Source of the DNA: a bacterium
GTDB lineage: Bacteria > UBA8248
DNA length: 64,000 nt
Direction: 5' to 3'
Assembly (NCBI GenBank): GCA_965219955.1
Contig: OZ244799.1
Span: forward strand, 4,096,001-4,160,000
Shown one piece after another: positions 50,598-61,969 of this stretch; positions within the stretch are counted from its first letter, which is position 1, and each line of letters opens with the position of its first letter. Position numbers and translations under genes: made by a program. Below the pieces are notes generated by a model. That model was not told the origin of the DNA and searched no databases. It saw nothing but the letters and a program-made list of their open reading frames with translations.

Positions 50598-50627
50598 GAA
50601 CTATCCTGCCCCGTTGGGGCGCAGCGT

Positions 50628-51434
50628 ATGGAGCATGGAATGCAGTTATCGACGGAGAAGATGGCTTTCGAGGTGGACGGCGGCATCGGCTGGATGATCT
50701 TCAACAACCCCGAGCGGAGGAACGCGCTCTCGCTCGAGATGTGGGGAGCCATCGCCGAGATACTCGAGAATTACGAGGCGGACGACGCGGTCCGCGTCGT
50801 GGTGATGAAGGGCGCAGGGGACAGGGCGTTCGTATCGGGCGCGGACATCTCGCAGTTCGCGAAGAACAGGAGCAACGCCGAGCAGGCCGCCGAGTACACC
50901 CGGATATCCGAAGAAGCCAAGCAGATCATGATGGGCATGAAAAAGCCCCTCATCGCCATGATCCGGGGCTACTGCCTGGGCGGCGGGCTGGGGATCGCGC
51001 TGAACGCCGACATCCGGATCGCGGCGGACGATTCGCAGTTCGGCATCCCCGCCGGGCGGCTGGGCATCGCCTACGGCTTCGACAACCTGAAGCAGCTCGT
51101 CGACCTCGTGGGACCCGCGAAGGCGAAGGAGATCCTCTTCACGGCCAGGCGCATCCCGGCGGCGAAAGCGCTCGAAATCGGACTGGTGAACGAAGTGGTG
51201 CCCGTGGATGAACTCGAAGACTTCGTGGTGGGCATGGCCTCCACCATCGCGAACAACGCACCGCTGTCGATCAAGGCGTCCAAGCTCACCATCGGCGAGG
51301 TGGTGAAAGACGGCGCCGATCGCGATTTCGACATGATCGCCCGCCTCTCGAAAGAATGCTTCGACAGCGCCGATTACAAAGAGGGCCGCACCGCGTTCAT
51401 GGAGAAGAGAAAACCCGTATTCACGGGCAGGTAG
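50628..51434 (+). CDS. Enoyl-CoA hydratase/isomerase (crotonase) family
   Basis: NPERRNAL, AFVSGADI, GYCLGGG, EKRKPVF motifs; start may be 50640. Confidence 0.92.
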   Translation: MEHGMQLSTEKMAFEVDGGIGWMIFNNPERRNALSLEMWGAIAEILENYEADDAVRVVVMKGAGDRAFVSGADISQFAKNRSNAEQAAEYTRISEEAKQIMMGMKKPLIAMIRGYCLGGGLGIALNADIRIAADDSQFGIPAGRLGIAYGFDNLKQLVDLVGPAKAKEILFTARRIPAAKALEIGLVNEVVPVDELEDFVVGMASTIANNAPLSIKASKLTIGEVVKDGADRDFDMIARLSKECFDSADYKEGRTAFMEKRKPVFTGR

Positions 51435-51453
51435 CGCGGGCCGCGAGAATCCG

Positions 51454-52059
51454 ATGAATGACGAGACATTCGCCGAGGTCATCTCTCCCGCCGGCATCCC
51501 CAGGATACCGGATGAGGCCTTGAAGCCCAGACCCGACACGCTGGAGGGCGCTACTCTCGGGATTTTGGAGAACAACAAGGAATTCTCCGACTGGGTGCTG
51601 GACAGGGTGCTTGAGAGGCTTCGAGAGTCGGTCGGCGTCAGGGAAGTCGTCCAGCGCAGGAAGCATCACCTCGCCCAACCGGCATCCCCTGAAATTCTCG
51701 AGGAGTTGAACGCGCGCTGCGACGCCGTGTTGGTCGGCGTCGGGCACTGAGGCTCATCCACCTCGTGGAGTGTCCGCGACGCGGTCCGGCTCGAGCGGCT
51801 GGGAAGCCCCGCCTGCGTCATCGTGAGCCGGGGCTTCAGCCACAGCGGCCGCGCGATAGCGAGGAGGCAGGGCTACGGCGGACTGCCCGTCGTCGAGATG
51901 GACCATCCCCTGGCCGCTCCCGAAAGGGAAGCGCTTCATCCCAAGGCGGACGCCATCGTGAATGAGGTCGTCCACGCGCTCACGGGCGACGCGGGGGAGC
52001 TCCGGGCCGAGTATGCCGAGAAGAAGTTCCGGGGTCCTCGGAATCTCTGCCCGAAATAG
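51454..52059 (+). CDS. UGSC-family selenoprotein (UGSS variant), 201 aa with Sec99
   Basis: ORFs 51454-51750 and 51823-52059 share a frame with a single TGA 51748-51750: VGVGH-U-GSSTSWSVRDAVRLERLGSP...LPVVEMDHP. Confidence 0.82.
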
Positions 52060-52071
52060 GGGAGGCGGAGC

Positions 52072-53145
52072 TTGGCCGGTAACGTCGAAAACCCCTCTCT
52101 GGAGGCGGGCAGGCGGGTTTTGTCGGTCACGGGCTCGCTCGATGAGGTGAACGCCTGTTTCTATGAGCGCGGCTGGACGGACGGGCTGCCCATCGTCCCG
52201 CCCACGCGCGGGCGCGTGGAGAGCATGCTCACCGGCTGGCCGGGGGAGCCGGATGAGGAGATCGCGGAGGTTCCTCCCCTGATGGGGGTGGCGACGGTCC
52301 GCGCGGTTGCGGTGAACGCCGTGATGGCCGGCTGCTTGCCCGAATACCTGCCCGTCGTCGTAGCGGCCGTCTCCGCAATCACGAAGCCGCGCTATGGCCT
52401 CAGCCACCGCCAGACGACGACCCACCCCGCCACCGCGCTCATCATCGTGAACGGCCCTATGGCCAAGCGCCTTAAAGTGAACTCCGGCTCCGGCCTTTTC
52501 GGCCCCGGCTGGCGAGCGAACGCGACGATAGGCCGCGCGCTCAGGCTTTGCCTCATCAACCTGGGGGGCGCCGCGCCCGGCGAGGTGGACCGCGCCCAGC
52601 ACGCGCATCCGGGGAAATACACCTACTGCATCGCAGAGAACGAGGACGCGAACCCCTGGGAGCCTTATCACGTCGAGCGCGGCTTTCAGCCTGGGGAGAG
52701 CACGGTGACGCTCACCTGCGGGGAGGCGCCGCACTGCATCACGGACAACTACAACACCGAGCCCCACGCGCTGCTCTTCGGCTACGCGGACTCGATGGCG
52801 ACGCTGGGCGGGAACAATCTCTCCTCCCAGGGAGAACCCGCCCTCGTCATGGCGCCCGAGCACGCCGCCTACGTCGCGCGGGCGGGCTGGAGCAAGGCGG
52901 ACGTGAAGCGCTATCTGTTCGAGAAGGCGAGGAAACCCTGGAAGCACGTGGGCGTCCGGGGAAAATCGAAAGGCCCAACCTTTCCCGTCTGGGTGGACAG
53001 GACGGACCCCGAAGCCTCCGTGCCCATCCTCACCCACGCCGACGCCCTCATCCTCATCGTCGGGGGCGGCGAGGGCCAGAAATCCATGTGGATACCCACC
53101 CCCGGCGCGCAGACGCTCAGCGTCACCGAGAAGATCAGGGAGTAG
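52072..53145 (+). CDS. Conserved partner of UGSC-family proteins, function unknown
   Basis: GWTDGLPIVPPT, AVNAVMAGC, RANATIGRA, AENE..NPW motifs. Confidence 0.75.
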   Translation: MAGNVENPSLEAGRRVLSVTGSLDEVNACFYERGWTDGLPIVPPTRGRVESMLTGWPGEPDEEIAEVPPLMGVATVRAVAVNAVMAGCLPEYLPVVVAAVSAITKPRYGLSHRQTTTHPATALIIVNGPMAKRLKVNSGSGLFGPGWRANATIGRALRLCLINLGGAAPGEVDRAQHAHPGKYTYCIAENEDANPWEPYHVERGFQPGESTVTLTCGEAPHCITDNYNTEPHALLFGYADSMATLGGNNLSSQGEPALVMAPEHAAYVARAGWSKADVKRYLFEKARKPWKHVGVRGKSKGPTFPVWVDRTDPEASVPILTHADALILIVGGGEGQKSMWIPTPGAQTLSVTEKIRE

Positions 53146-53225
53146 GGAGGGGATGGTGATATCACCGTCTGATTGCAATATACTGCGTTGCACTTCCATA
53201 GTTGTAAAGGGTTGTATATAGCCGC

Positions 53226-53254
53226 TTGCCTGAATGTATCTTTTGGGATACAAT
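53226..53254 (+). promoter_or_regulatory. TA promoter with palindromic operator
   Basis: TTGCCT, 17 bp, TACAAT; TGTATC-N6-GATACA at 53235-53252. Confidence 0.7.
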
Positions 53255-53257
53255 TAG

Positions 53258-53551
53258 ATGTTGATCGAGGTTCGTCAAACCGATCAATATGCCCGATGGT
53301 TCGAGAAACTTCGGGATAAGCGGGCGAAGGCGCGCATCAACGCTCGCATCAGACGTTTGTCGTTGGGCAATCCCGGAGATGTACGGGCGGTCGGACAAGG
53401 GGTTTCGGAACTTCGGATCGACTACGGACCCGGCTATCGCATTTACTATGTACAGCAAGGGCAATCATTGGTGGTCCTGCTGGCCGGAGGAGATAAAAGC
53501 ACTCAGGCTCGGGATATCTTTAGAGCGCGGAATCTGGCACTAGAGTTATAG
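53258..53551 (+). CDS. Type II TA toxin, RelE/HigB (addiction module killer) family
   Basis: GVSELRIDYGPGYRIYY...LAGGDKSTQARDI. Confidence 0.92.
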   Translation: MLIEVRQTDQYARWFEKLRDKRAKARINARIRRLSLGNPGDVRAVGQGVSELRIDYGPGYRIYYVQQGQSLVVLLAGGDKSTQARDIFRARNLALEL

Positions 53552-53560
53552 GAGTTCGTG

Positions 53561-53845
53561 ATGGCGAAGACGAAAACCAGACCGTGGGACGCGGCGGATC
53601 ACCTCAAGACGAAAGAGGATATCGCCCTCTACCTCGAAGCGGCTTTCGAGGACGGCGACCCGGCGCTCATCGCGGCGGCGTTGGGGGACGCCGCGCGGGC
53701 CAGGGGGATGACGAAGGTCGCCGCCGAGACCGGCCTGGGCAGGGAGAGCCTCTACAAGGCGCTCTCGCCCGGGGGAAATCCCGGGTTCGCCACCGTTCTC
53801 AAGGTCATGCGCGCCCTGGGCCTTCGGCTTCGCCCATCTGCTTGA
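53561..53845 (+). CDS. Addiction module antidote (HTH antitoxin)
   Basis: WDAADHL, ARARGMTKVA..GLGRESLYKALS..GNP motifs. Confidence 0.92.
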   Translation: MAKTKTRPWDAADHLKTKEDIALYLEAAFEDGDPALIAAALGDAARARGMTKVAAETGLGRESLYKALSPGGNPGFATVLKVMRALGLRLRPSA

Positions 53846-54079
53846 AAGCCCGTCAACGATGCCTGATGTCCTCATGAAGCTCCGCCGGTGTGCTTCTCGA
53901 TCATCTTTCCCTGCTTTTTCTGAAAACTCCCCCGCTTCCAACTCCTGAGATTTGGAAAAAAAGTTGTGAGAACGTCCCCATCGTGGTATTTTTGGCTTAT
54001 GCAGCGCCATGCAAACACATCCAGGGAAGTTTCTTTATTTTCTTGATGCCCGCGAGGGCCCATGAGGGAGACAATCACG

Positions 54080-55105
54080 ATGAAAAAACACTTGCTCACC
54101 GTACTTTGCGCGTTTGCCGCCGTGGCGGTAATCGCAAGCGCCGCGTTCGCCGCCAGCCCGACGCTGGAGACGGTGAAGAAACGCGGCAATCTCATTTGCG
54201 GCGTCAACACCGGCCTCACGGGCTTCTCCGCCCCTGACGACAAGGGCGTCTGGAGAGGGTTCGACGTCGATTACTGCCGCGGCATCAGCGCAGCGATTTT
54301 CGGGGATCCCGACAAGGTGACCTACAAGCCGCTGACGGGCAAGACGCGCTTCCCGGCGCTTCAATCCGGCGAGATCGACGTCCTCTCGCGCAACACGACC
54401 TGGACTTTCAAGCGCGACGTGAACCTGGGCTTCGAGTTCGTGGGCGTGCTGTACTACGACGGGCAGGGCTTCATCACCCGCAAGTCCCTGAACGTCAAGA
54501 GCGCCAAGGAACTCGGCGGCGCTTCGGTCTGCATCCAGACGGGCACGACGACCGAACTCAACCTGGCCGACTTCTTCCGCAGCAACAACATGAAGTTCAA
54601 ATCGGTCGTCGTCGAGGACGCGGCCGAGGCGCGCCAGAACTACGCCGCCAACCGCTGCGACGCCTACACGACGGACCGCTCCGGCCTCGCCGCCCAGCGC
54701 TCCGTGCTCAAGAACCCGGCCGACCACGTGATTCTGCCTGAAATCATCTCCAAGGAGCCCCTCGGCCCCGTCGTTCGCCACGGCGACAACGTGTGGGGCG
54801 ACATCGCCCGCTGGGTGCGCAACGCGCTCATCGTGGCCGAGGAACTCGGCATCACTTCCAAGAACGTCGACGCCATGAAGAAATCGAGCAACCCCGAGAT
54901 CAAGCGCATGCTCGGCCAGGAGGGCGACTTCGGCAGCATGCTCGGCCTCCCGAAGGACTGGGCCTACAACGTCATCAAGGGCGTGGGCAACTACTCGGAG
55001 ATCTACGAGCGCCACATCGGCCCCAAGACGGCCATTGGCCTCGCGCGCGGCTACAACCAGCTCTGGACGAAGGGCGGCATTCTCTACTCGCCTCCGTTCC
55101 GCTAG
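54080..55105 (+). CDS. aapJ: General L-amino acid ABC transporter substrate-binding protein
   Basis: TLETVKKRG, RNTTWT, YYDGQGF, ISKEPLGP motifs. Confidence 0.92.
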   Translation: MKKHLLTVLCAFAAVAVIASAAFAASPTLETVKKRGNLICGVNTGLTGFSAPDDKGVWRGFDVDYCRGISAAIFGDPDKVTYKPLTGKTRFPALQSGEIDVLSRNTTWTFKRDVNLGFEFVGVLYYDGQGFITRKSLNVKSAKELGGASVCIQTGTTTELNLADFFRSNNMKFKSVVVEDAAEARQNYAANRCDAYTTDRSGLAAQRSVLKNPADHVILPEIISKEPLGPVVRHGDNVWGDIARWVRNALIVAEELGITSKNVDAMKKSSNPEIKRMLGQEGDFGSMLGLPKDWAYNVIKGVGNYSEIYERHIGPKTAIGLARGYNQLWTKGGILYSPPFR

Positions 55106-55221
55106 GCTGACCCGAGCAATAACGTGAACCCGCTCCGGCTCCGGGGGTTTCCCCGGGGCCGGGCGGCGCGTTCTCGAAGCGAAGATACCGCGCAGGCGAT
55201 GTCGCACCCCGGGGGCTCGAT

Positions 55222-56421
55222 ATGGCGGTAGACTCTCAAGCAGGCGGCGGACGGCCAAGCGCCGCCCGTTGGTGGTACGATCCGAAATTCCGGTCGATCG
55301 CGTTCCAGGTCGCTTTTGTGCTGGCGCTCGTCGGCCTGGGCGTCTACCTCGTCCACAACACGCTCATCAACCTCGAAAAACGCAACATCAAGACCGGGTT
55401 CGATTTCCTCTTCAACCCGGCGGGCTTCGAGATTCCGCTCACGCTCATTCCCTACTCCGTCGAGGCGGGCTCGACCCACGGCGCCGTCTTCATCGTCGGA
55501 CTGCTCAATACGTTCCTCATCTCGGCTTTGGGGATCGTGCTGGCGACGATTCTCGGCTTCATTCTCGGCGTGCTCAGGCTCTCGAACAACTGGCTGGTCT
55601 CGCGCCTGGTGGGGTTCTACATTGAGACGGTGCGCAACGTGCCGCTGCTGCTGCAGTTCCTGTTCTGGCACTTCGCCGTCTTTCAGTCGCTCCCCCTGGT
55701 CCGCCAGGCGATACCGATTTTCGATACGGTTTACATCCACAACCGCGGCCTCACGATTCCCAGGCCCATCCCGCAGCCGGGCTTCCTGGTGGTCGTGATA
55801 TCGGTTTTCGTCGCTGTCGCGGCGATCGTCTGGCTCAAGAAATGGGCGCGCAGGCGCCAGGACGCGACCGGGGAGCAGTTCCCCGTCTTCTGGACGTCGC
55901 TGGGCATCTTCATCGGCGCGCCGCTGCTCGCCTCGGCCGCGTCCGGCTTTCCGCTCACCTGGGAATACGCGGAACTCGGCCGGTTCCGCTTCACGGGCGG
56001 CCTGGGAATCCAGATAGAGCTCTTCTCCGCCCTGGCCGCGCTCACGGTCTACACCTCATCGTTCATCGCCGAGATCGTGCGCGCGGGCATCCTCGCCGTC
56101 TCGAAGGGTCAGCAGGAGGCCTCCTATTCCCTGGGGGTGCGGCCGGCGCCGACGTTGAGGCTCGTCATCATCCCGCAGGCGCTCCGGGTCATCGTGCCGC
56201 CGCTGGTGAGCCAGTACCTGAACCTGACGAAAAACTCCTCGCTCGGCATCGCCATCGGCTACCCCGATCTGTTCAACGTCTTCGGCGGCATCTCGCTGAA
56301 CCAGAGCGGCCAGGCCATCGAGATCGTCGCCATGTGCATGGTGGTGTATCTCACCTTCAGCCTGCTGATATCGCTCTACATGAACTGGTACAACAGGCGC
56401 ATATCGCTGGTGGAGAGGTGA
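55222..56421 (+). CDS. aapQ: Amino acid ABC transporter permease
   Basis: RNVPLLLQ, AEIVRAGI, NLTKNSSL motifs. Confidence 0.9.
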   Translation: MAVDSQAGGGRPSAARWWYDPKFRSIAFQVAFVLALVGLGVYLVHNTLINLEKRNIKTGFDFLFNPAGFEIPLTLIPYSVEAGSTHGAVFIVGLLNTFLISALGIVLATILGFILGVLRLSNNWLVSRLVGFYIETVRNVPLLLQFLFWHFAVFQSLPLVRQAIPIFDTVYIHNRGLTIPRPIPQPGFLVVVISVFVAVAAIVWLKKWARRRQDATGEQFPVFWTSLGIFIGAPLLASAASGFPLTWEYAELGRFRFTGGLGIQIELFSALAALTVYTSSFIAEIVRAGILAVSKGQQEASYSLGVRPAPTLRLVIIPQALRVIVPPLVSQYLNLTKNSSLGIAIGYPDLFNVFGGISLNQSGQAIEIVAMCMVVYLTFSLLISLYMNWYNRRISLVER

Positions 56422-56425
56422 TGCC

Positions 56426-57556
56426 ATGAGCGATACCGCAAGCAATCCGGACAGGAGCTTCTTCCGCACGGAGAATGTCCCGCAGTCTCCGCCGCCCGTC
56501 TCGACGGTGGGCGTCCTGGGCTGGATGCGGCAGAACCTCTTCTCCTCGCCGTTCAACACGGCGCTCACGCTGCTGACGCTCTATCTCCTCTATACCATCG
56601 TGCCGCCGCTGTTCCAGTGGGCCTTCATCGACTCGCTCTGGATCGGGGAGTCGAACAAGGATTGCCGGGGCATCGAGGGCGCCTGCTGGGTCCTGGTGCC
56701 GAAACGCTTCGGGCAGTACGTCTACGGCTTCTATCCCGAGCCGGAGCGCTGGCGGGTGAACCTGACCTTCATCCTGTTCTGCCTGAACCTCTTGCCGGTG
56801 CTCTCCGACAGGGTGCCGGGCCGCACCTTCGCGGCGCTCTTCCTCGTCTTCGGTTTTCCCGTCATCGCCTTCATCCTGCTCCACGGCGCTTTCGGCCTGG
56901 AGAGCGTGCCGACGAACAAGTGGGGCGGCCTGACGCTCACGCTGGTGTTCGCCTCGGTCGCCATCCTGTTCTCCCTGCCGATAGGCATTCTGCTGGCGCT
57001 CGGGCGGCGCTCCGAGATGCCCGTCATCCGCACGATCTGCGTCGCCTTCATCGAGTTGTGGCGCGCCGTGCCGCTCATCACCGTGCTCTTCATGGCGTCT
57101 TTCGTGCTGCCGCTCTTCACACCGGAGGGGGTGAACGCGAACGAACTTCTGCGCGCGCTCATCGGCTTCACCATGTTCTCATCCGCCTATATGGCCGAGG
57201 TCGTGCGCGGGGGCCTTCAGGCGCTGCCCAAGGGCCAGACGGAAGCCGCCCAGGCGCTGGGGCTCAACTACTGGAAGTCGATGCAGTTGATCATCCTGCC
57301 CCAGGCGCTCAAAATCGTGATCCCGGGCATCGTCAACACCTTCATCGCCCTGTTCAAGGATACGGCGCTGGTGTCGATCATCGGGCTGTTCGATCTCTTG
57401 CTCGTGGCCCGCTCGGCGGTGACGGACCCGAAATGGCTGGGCCTGGAGCATGAATCCTACATCTTCGCGGCCGTCATCTATTTCGTCTTCTGTTTCAGCA
57501 TGTCGCGCTACAGCCTGTGGTTAGAGCGCAAGCTCGACACGGGCCACAGAACCTGA
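56426..57556 (+). CDS. aapM: Amino acid ABC transporter permease
   Basis: [28 protein letters not shown] motifs. Confidence 0.9.
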   Translation: MSDTASNPDRSFFRTENVPQSPPPVSTVGVLGWMRQNLFSSPFNTALTLLTLYLLYTIVPPLFQWAFIDSLWIGESNKDCRGIEGACWVLVPKRFGQYVYGFYPEPERWRVNLTFILFCLNLLPVLSDRVPGRTFAALFLVFGFPVIAFILLHGAFGLESVPTNKWGGLTLTLVFASVAILFSLPIGILLALGRRSEMPVIRTICVAFIELWRAVPLITVLFMASFVLPLFTPEGVNANELLRALIGFTMFSSAYMAEVVRGGLQALPKGQTEAAQALGLNYWKSMQLIILPQALKIVIPGIVNTFIALFKDTALVSIIGLFDLLLVARSAVTDPKWLGLEHESYIFAAVIYFVFCFSMSRYSLWLERKLDTGHRT

Positions 57557-57573
57557 GGAGGGAGAACGCGCCC

Positions 57574-58314
<741 letters not shown>

Positions 58315-58412
58315 GGTCAAACGCGATTGATGAATGAGTGTTTGACGTGACTGAGAGGGAGTGATCGCTAGCGAGCGAGATTAGAATCGGCTCGCAATTC
58401 TTCGCTCCTCGA

Positions 58413-58875
58413 AGTTGTTGAAAAACCTCTCCTCGTGCAGCATTGGCCACCGCCGTCATTCCGGCGAAAGCCGGAATCCATTTTCGCCTTTGCCTTTTTG
58501 CCTCCTCGCTCGGACGTCTTTGCTCTCGGGCGGGGAGGAGGGAGTCGAACACAAAAGCGAAAGGCGAATTCTCCGGGTTCCGCATCCGGACAGCGCGCGA
58601 CAAGAAAGTCGTGACCGCCCCGTCCAGCGGAAAGTCAAAATGGATTCCGGCTTTCGCCGGAATGACGAACAAAACCGCAGCGTCTTATCCTGTGCGACGG
58701 TCTTCTCATCCGCCTCATCCTGAGTAGGCGCGAAAGCGCCGTATCGAAGGATGCCCTCTCGTTCCGGTACGAGCCCCTCGCCCTTCGATACGCCGCCTTC
58801 GGCGGCTACTCAGGGTGAGGAAAGAGGGGTTGGCGGTTTCATAGTGGACACATACGGGGCTTTTCAGAGGTCCCA
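58413..58875. repeat. Intergenic repeat mosaic with MITE-like A element and B pair
   Basis: GTTGTTGAAAAA end; A element 58455-58666; B pair 58714-58819. Confidence 0.85.
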
Positions 58876-58961
58876 TTAGGGGAACTCGCGTTCAGGCCAA
58901 ATCATTGGTTATACTCATGCGCCTTTCCGTTTAACCGCCCTTAACTCAAGAGATAGAAAAC

Positions 58962-59912
58962 ATGAACGAAAATTCAGTTTGTCCAATATGGGGAACGTTG
59001 GCTTCAGTAAGAGGAGTTAGCAGTAGAATTAATCTGGAAGTGATTGATTCACCGCGCGCTGGCGGACAATATGTTATTTCTCACAGAGCAGAAAACCTCC
59101 TGAGACATAAAGATGAACACTTCAAAGCGCGGTTGACTTCGTGGTTAGTCGATCAACGGAGATTTGGAGATGAGTACCCGAAAATTACGGAACATACGTT
59201 CAGAGAGATAGAGCAACGACAAAAATTATCAGTTCACGAACGTGCGGACAGACTTCTTCAGGGTATTCAAAAAGCAACTCCGAGTATCGGGGAATACGTG
59301 GATGTGTTCGTTAATATGAGCGCTGTTTTAGCGATGTCGGAATCCATCAATGATCATGAAGTGGAATATCTGTTGGAGTATTTAGAGCGACGGGGTTGGT
59401 TGGAAAAATATGGTTCAGAGAATCGTATACTAACAGTCGAAGGTTACGCTCGACTTGCTGAACTTGAGAATGTGGCCACCGATTTGTCGCAAGCCTTCGT
59501 GGCCATGTGGTTCGATGAGTCAATGGACAATGCTTATGAAAACGGCATCAAGCCGGGTATAGAAGATGCCGGATATGAACCACTCCCCATCAATCGAAAA
59601 GAACACATCAATAAGATAGACGATGAGATTATCGCAGAGATCAGGCGTTCACGTTTTGTCGTCGCGGACTTTACGCACGGGGAGTCTGGAGCGCGCGGAG
59701 GCGTTTATTACGAGGCGGGCTTCGCGCACGGTCTGAACATTCCGGTGATATTCACTTGTCGGGAAGATATATTAGAGGATATCCACTTTGACACGCGCCA
59801 GTACAATCACATTCCCTGGGAGTCGGGAAAACTTGAGGAATTTCGAAAAAACTTGGCAGATCGAATTTCCGCTGTCATCGGAGACGGCCCGAACAAGACG
59901 CAAGACGCCTGA
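58962..59912 (+). CDS. Low-GC protein with C-terminal TIR / nucleoside 2-deoxyribosyltransferase-like domain
   Basis: AFVAMWF, IRRSRFVVADFT, GVYYEAGFA, HFDTRQYN motifs; preceded by a wHTH-like LEYLERRGWL..LTVEG. Confidence 0.75.
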   Translation: MNENSVCPIWGTLASVRGVSSRINLEVIDSPRAGGQYVISHRAENLLRHKDEHFKARLTSWLVDQRRFGDEYPKITEHTFREIEQRQKLSVHERADRLLQGIQKATPSIGEYVDVFVNMSAVLAMSESINDHEVEYLLEYLERRGWLEKYGSENRILTVEGYARLAELENVATDLSQAFVAMWFDESMDNAYENGIKPGIEDAGYEPLPINRKEHINKIDDEIIAEIRRSRFVVADFTHGESGARGGVYYEAGFAHGLNIPVIFTCREDILEDIHFDTRQYNHIPWESGKLEEFRKNLADRISAVIGDGPNKTQDA

Positions 59913-59932
59913 TACTTCTACCTAATTAGCCC

Positions 59933-61618
59933 CTAATCCGGCGGCCCATACGCCCCCGGCGCCAAGGCCTCGATGTCCGTGACGACGTCGAGGACCACGG
60001 GGCCTCCCTTCATGCTGAAGGCCTGATCGAGCGCGCTTCCGAGTTCGCCCGGTTTTTCGACGCGGATGCTCGCGGCGCCCATGGATTTGGCTATGTCGGT
60101 GAAATTCGTCTGGTTGAAGTGCCAGAGCTCGTGCGCCTTGCCGCGCTGCTCGCCGCCGTAGGCGTCGTCGAAAATCTTGGTCTCCTGGTTCTGGGAGCCG
60201 TTGTTGTTGACGAGGATGACGGCGTGGATGCCCCAGCGCACGGCGGTCTCGACTTCGCCGATGTGGTACCAGAATCCCGCGTCGCCCGTGAAGAGGATGA
60301 CGGGCCGCTCGGGCGCGCCGCACTTGGCCCCCAGCGCGGCCGGGAATCCCCAGCCCAGGTGGCCCGCCGCGCGCATGAAGCTGACGTCGGGGCTTTTAAG
60401 GTCCAGATATCCCCCCGTCCACATGCCCGAATGCCCGGTGTCGGCGAGGACGATGGCGTCGGACGGCAGATGCTCGCCCAGCGTCTTGCAAACCCTTTCG
60501 GGCCGCATGGGAGCGGCGTCCGAGTTCAGGAGCGGCGCGAATTCCGCCCGCCACGCAGCGCCCACTTGCTCCACGCGGGATAGCCACGCCCCGCGTTCGG
60601 GGACTTCTCCCGCGGCTTGGGTCAGTTTTCCGAGGGCGATTTTCGCATCGCCGATTATGGAGGCCTTAAGCGGGTAGTTGCGCCCGAGTTCCTCGGGGTC
60701 GATGTCGAGCTGAACCGCGGGAACGCCGATTTTGGGCACGCGCCAGAAGTGGGTGGTCATGCCGCCCGTCTGGGTGCCGATGAAGAAGACGAGGTCGGCT
60801 TCCGATACCAGTTCGTTCGCGCTCCTCCTCGAATACGTCCCCACCACGCCGACCGAGAGGGGGTGGTCGCCCGGAATCGATTCCTTGCCGTTCATGGAGG
60901 TGGCGACGGGGATTTGCAGCTTCTCGGCGAAGGCGACGAGTTCCGCGTTGGCGCCCGAGGTCCGCACGCCGCCGCCCGCGACGATGATGGGCCGCTCGGC
61001 TTTCGCGATCACTTCCAGCGCACGGGAGATGCTCGCCGGCTCAGGCTCGGGCCGATAGGCGGGGACCTGTTTGAAATTCTCCTCGACGATGAGTTCGAGA
61101 TCGGCCACGTCCTGTTCCACCTGCCCCAAGTTCCCGCTGAAGCGCAGGTGCACCGGGCCGGGCGTGCCCGAGGTGGCGACGCGGAAGGCCTGTCGGAGCA
61201 GATCGGGGAAGCGCGAGACGTCATCCACCGTGGCGTTGAACTTGGTGACCGGGTCGAACGCGCTGATGTCTTCGGTCTCCTGGTAGGCGTTCCGGTAGCG
61301 GATCTGCGGCGTCGTGCCGCCCGTGAAGGCGATCATGGGCGCGCAGGCCAGGTGGGCGTCGCGAAGGCCCGCCGCCAGGTTCACGCCGCCCACGATCTGC
61401 GCCATGCAGACGCCCGGACGCCCCGAGGCGCGCGCGTAGCCGTCCGCCATGTAGGCCGCCGCCTTCTCCCCGTGGGTGAGGACGCGGGCGATGCCGGTGC
61501 CGCGCTCGTCCATCTGGGCGAGGGAGTGGCTCAGAATCGTCGGCACGAAGAAAATGTGGGTGACGCCGTAGGCGTGGAGGGCGTCAGCCATGAACTGCGC
61601 CCCGCTCATCTTGGGCAT
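59933..61618 (-). CDS. Thiamine pyrophosphate-binding enzyme (acetolactate synthase-like)
   Basis: HGEKAAAYMADGYAR, GDAGF...NNNG TPP motif. Confidence 0.92.
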   Translation of the reverse strand: MPKMSGAQFMADALHAYGVTHIFFVPTILSHSLAQMDERGTGIARVLTHGEKAAAYMADGYARASGRPGVCMAQIVGGVNLAAGLRDAHLACAPMIAFTGGTTPQIRYRNAYQETEDISAFDPVTKFNATVDDVSRFPDLLRQAFRVATSGTPGPVHLRFSGNLGQVEQDVADLELIVEENFKQVPAYRPEPEPASISRALEVIAKAERPIIVAGGGVRTSGANAELVAFAEKLQIPVATSMNGKESIPGDHPLSVGVVGTYSRRSANELVSEADLVFFIGTQTGGMTTHFWRVPKIGVPAVQLDIDPEELGRNYPLKASIIGDAKIALGKLTQAAGEVPERGAWLSRVEQVGAAWRAEFAPLLNSDAAPMRPERVCKTLGEHLPSDAIVLADTGHSGMWTGGYLDLKSPDVSFMRAAGHLGWGFPAALGAKCGAPERPVILFTGDAGFWYHIGEVETAVRWGIHAVILVNNNGSQNQETKIFDDAYGGEQRGKAHELWHFNQTNFTDIAKSMGAASIRVEKPGELGSALDQAFSMKGGPVVLDVVTDIEALAPGAYGPPD

Positions 61619-61810
61619 GTTGTTATCCTTGAAAGAGAAGGTGTTCACCGTCATTCCGGCGAAAGCCGGAATTCATTTTTACGCCTGTTGCCTTTTGTCA
61701 GGGTTCCCGCACATCGGCAGGGAACGAAAAGCCGCCGTTCATTCATCCGCATCCGGCGCATGGAGTCCCACTGTCGGGTCATGTATATCACTGGGACCGA
61801 CCAGGCAAAA

Positions 61811-61830
61811 TTGACAAGATTCGCTTGTCA
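61811..61830. promoter_or_regulatory. Palindromic putative operator in an AT-rich intergenic region
   Basis: TGACAAG-ATTCG-CTTGTCA, overlapping a TTGACA. Confidence 0.35.
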
Positions 61831-61969
61831 TAAATATCATGATGGAAACATTACTTTCATTCCGAATTCCTTTATAAAATCGGACGAAACGTCTTGAGTA
61901 AGGCTATAAACTATACCGGCCCTTTGGAAAATATTCAAAAAACAAGTCAATTTGACAGGGGATATAATC

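Noticed and set aside
53972-53996. 18/25 match to the reverse complement of 61827-61851 as a shared operator
   Set aside because: Much of the match is an extended -10 (TGnTATTT) and it is not palindromic; insufficient support
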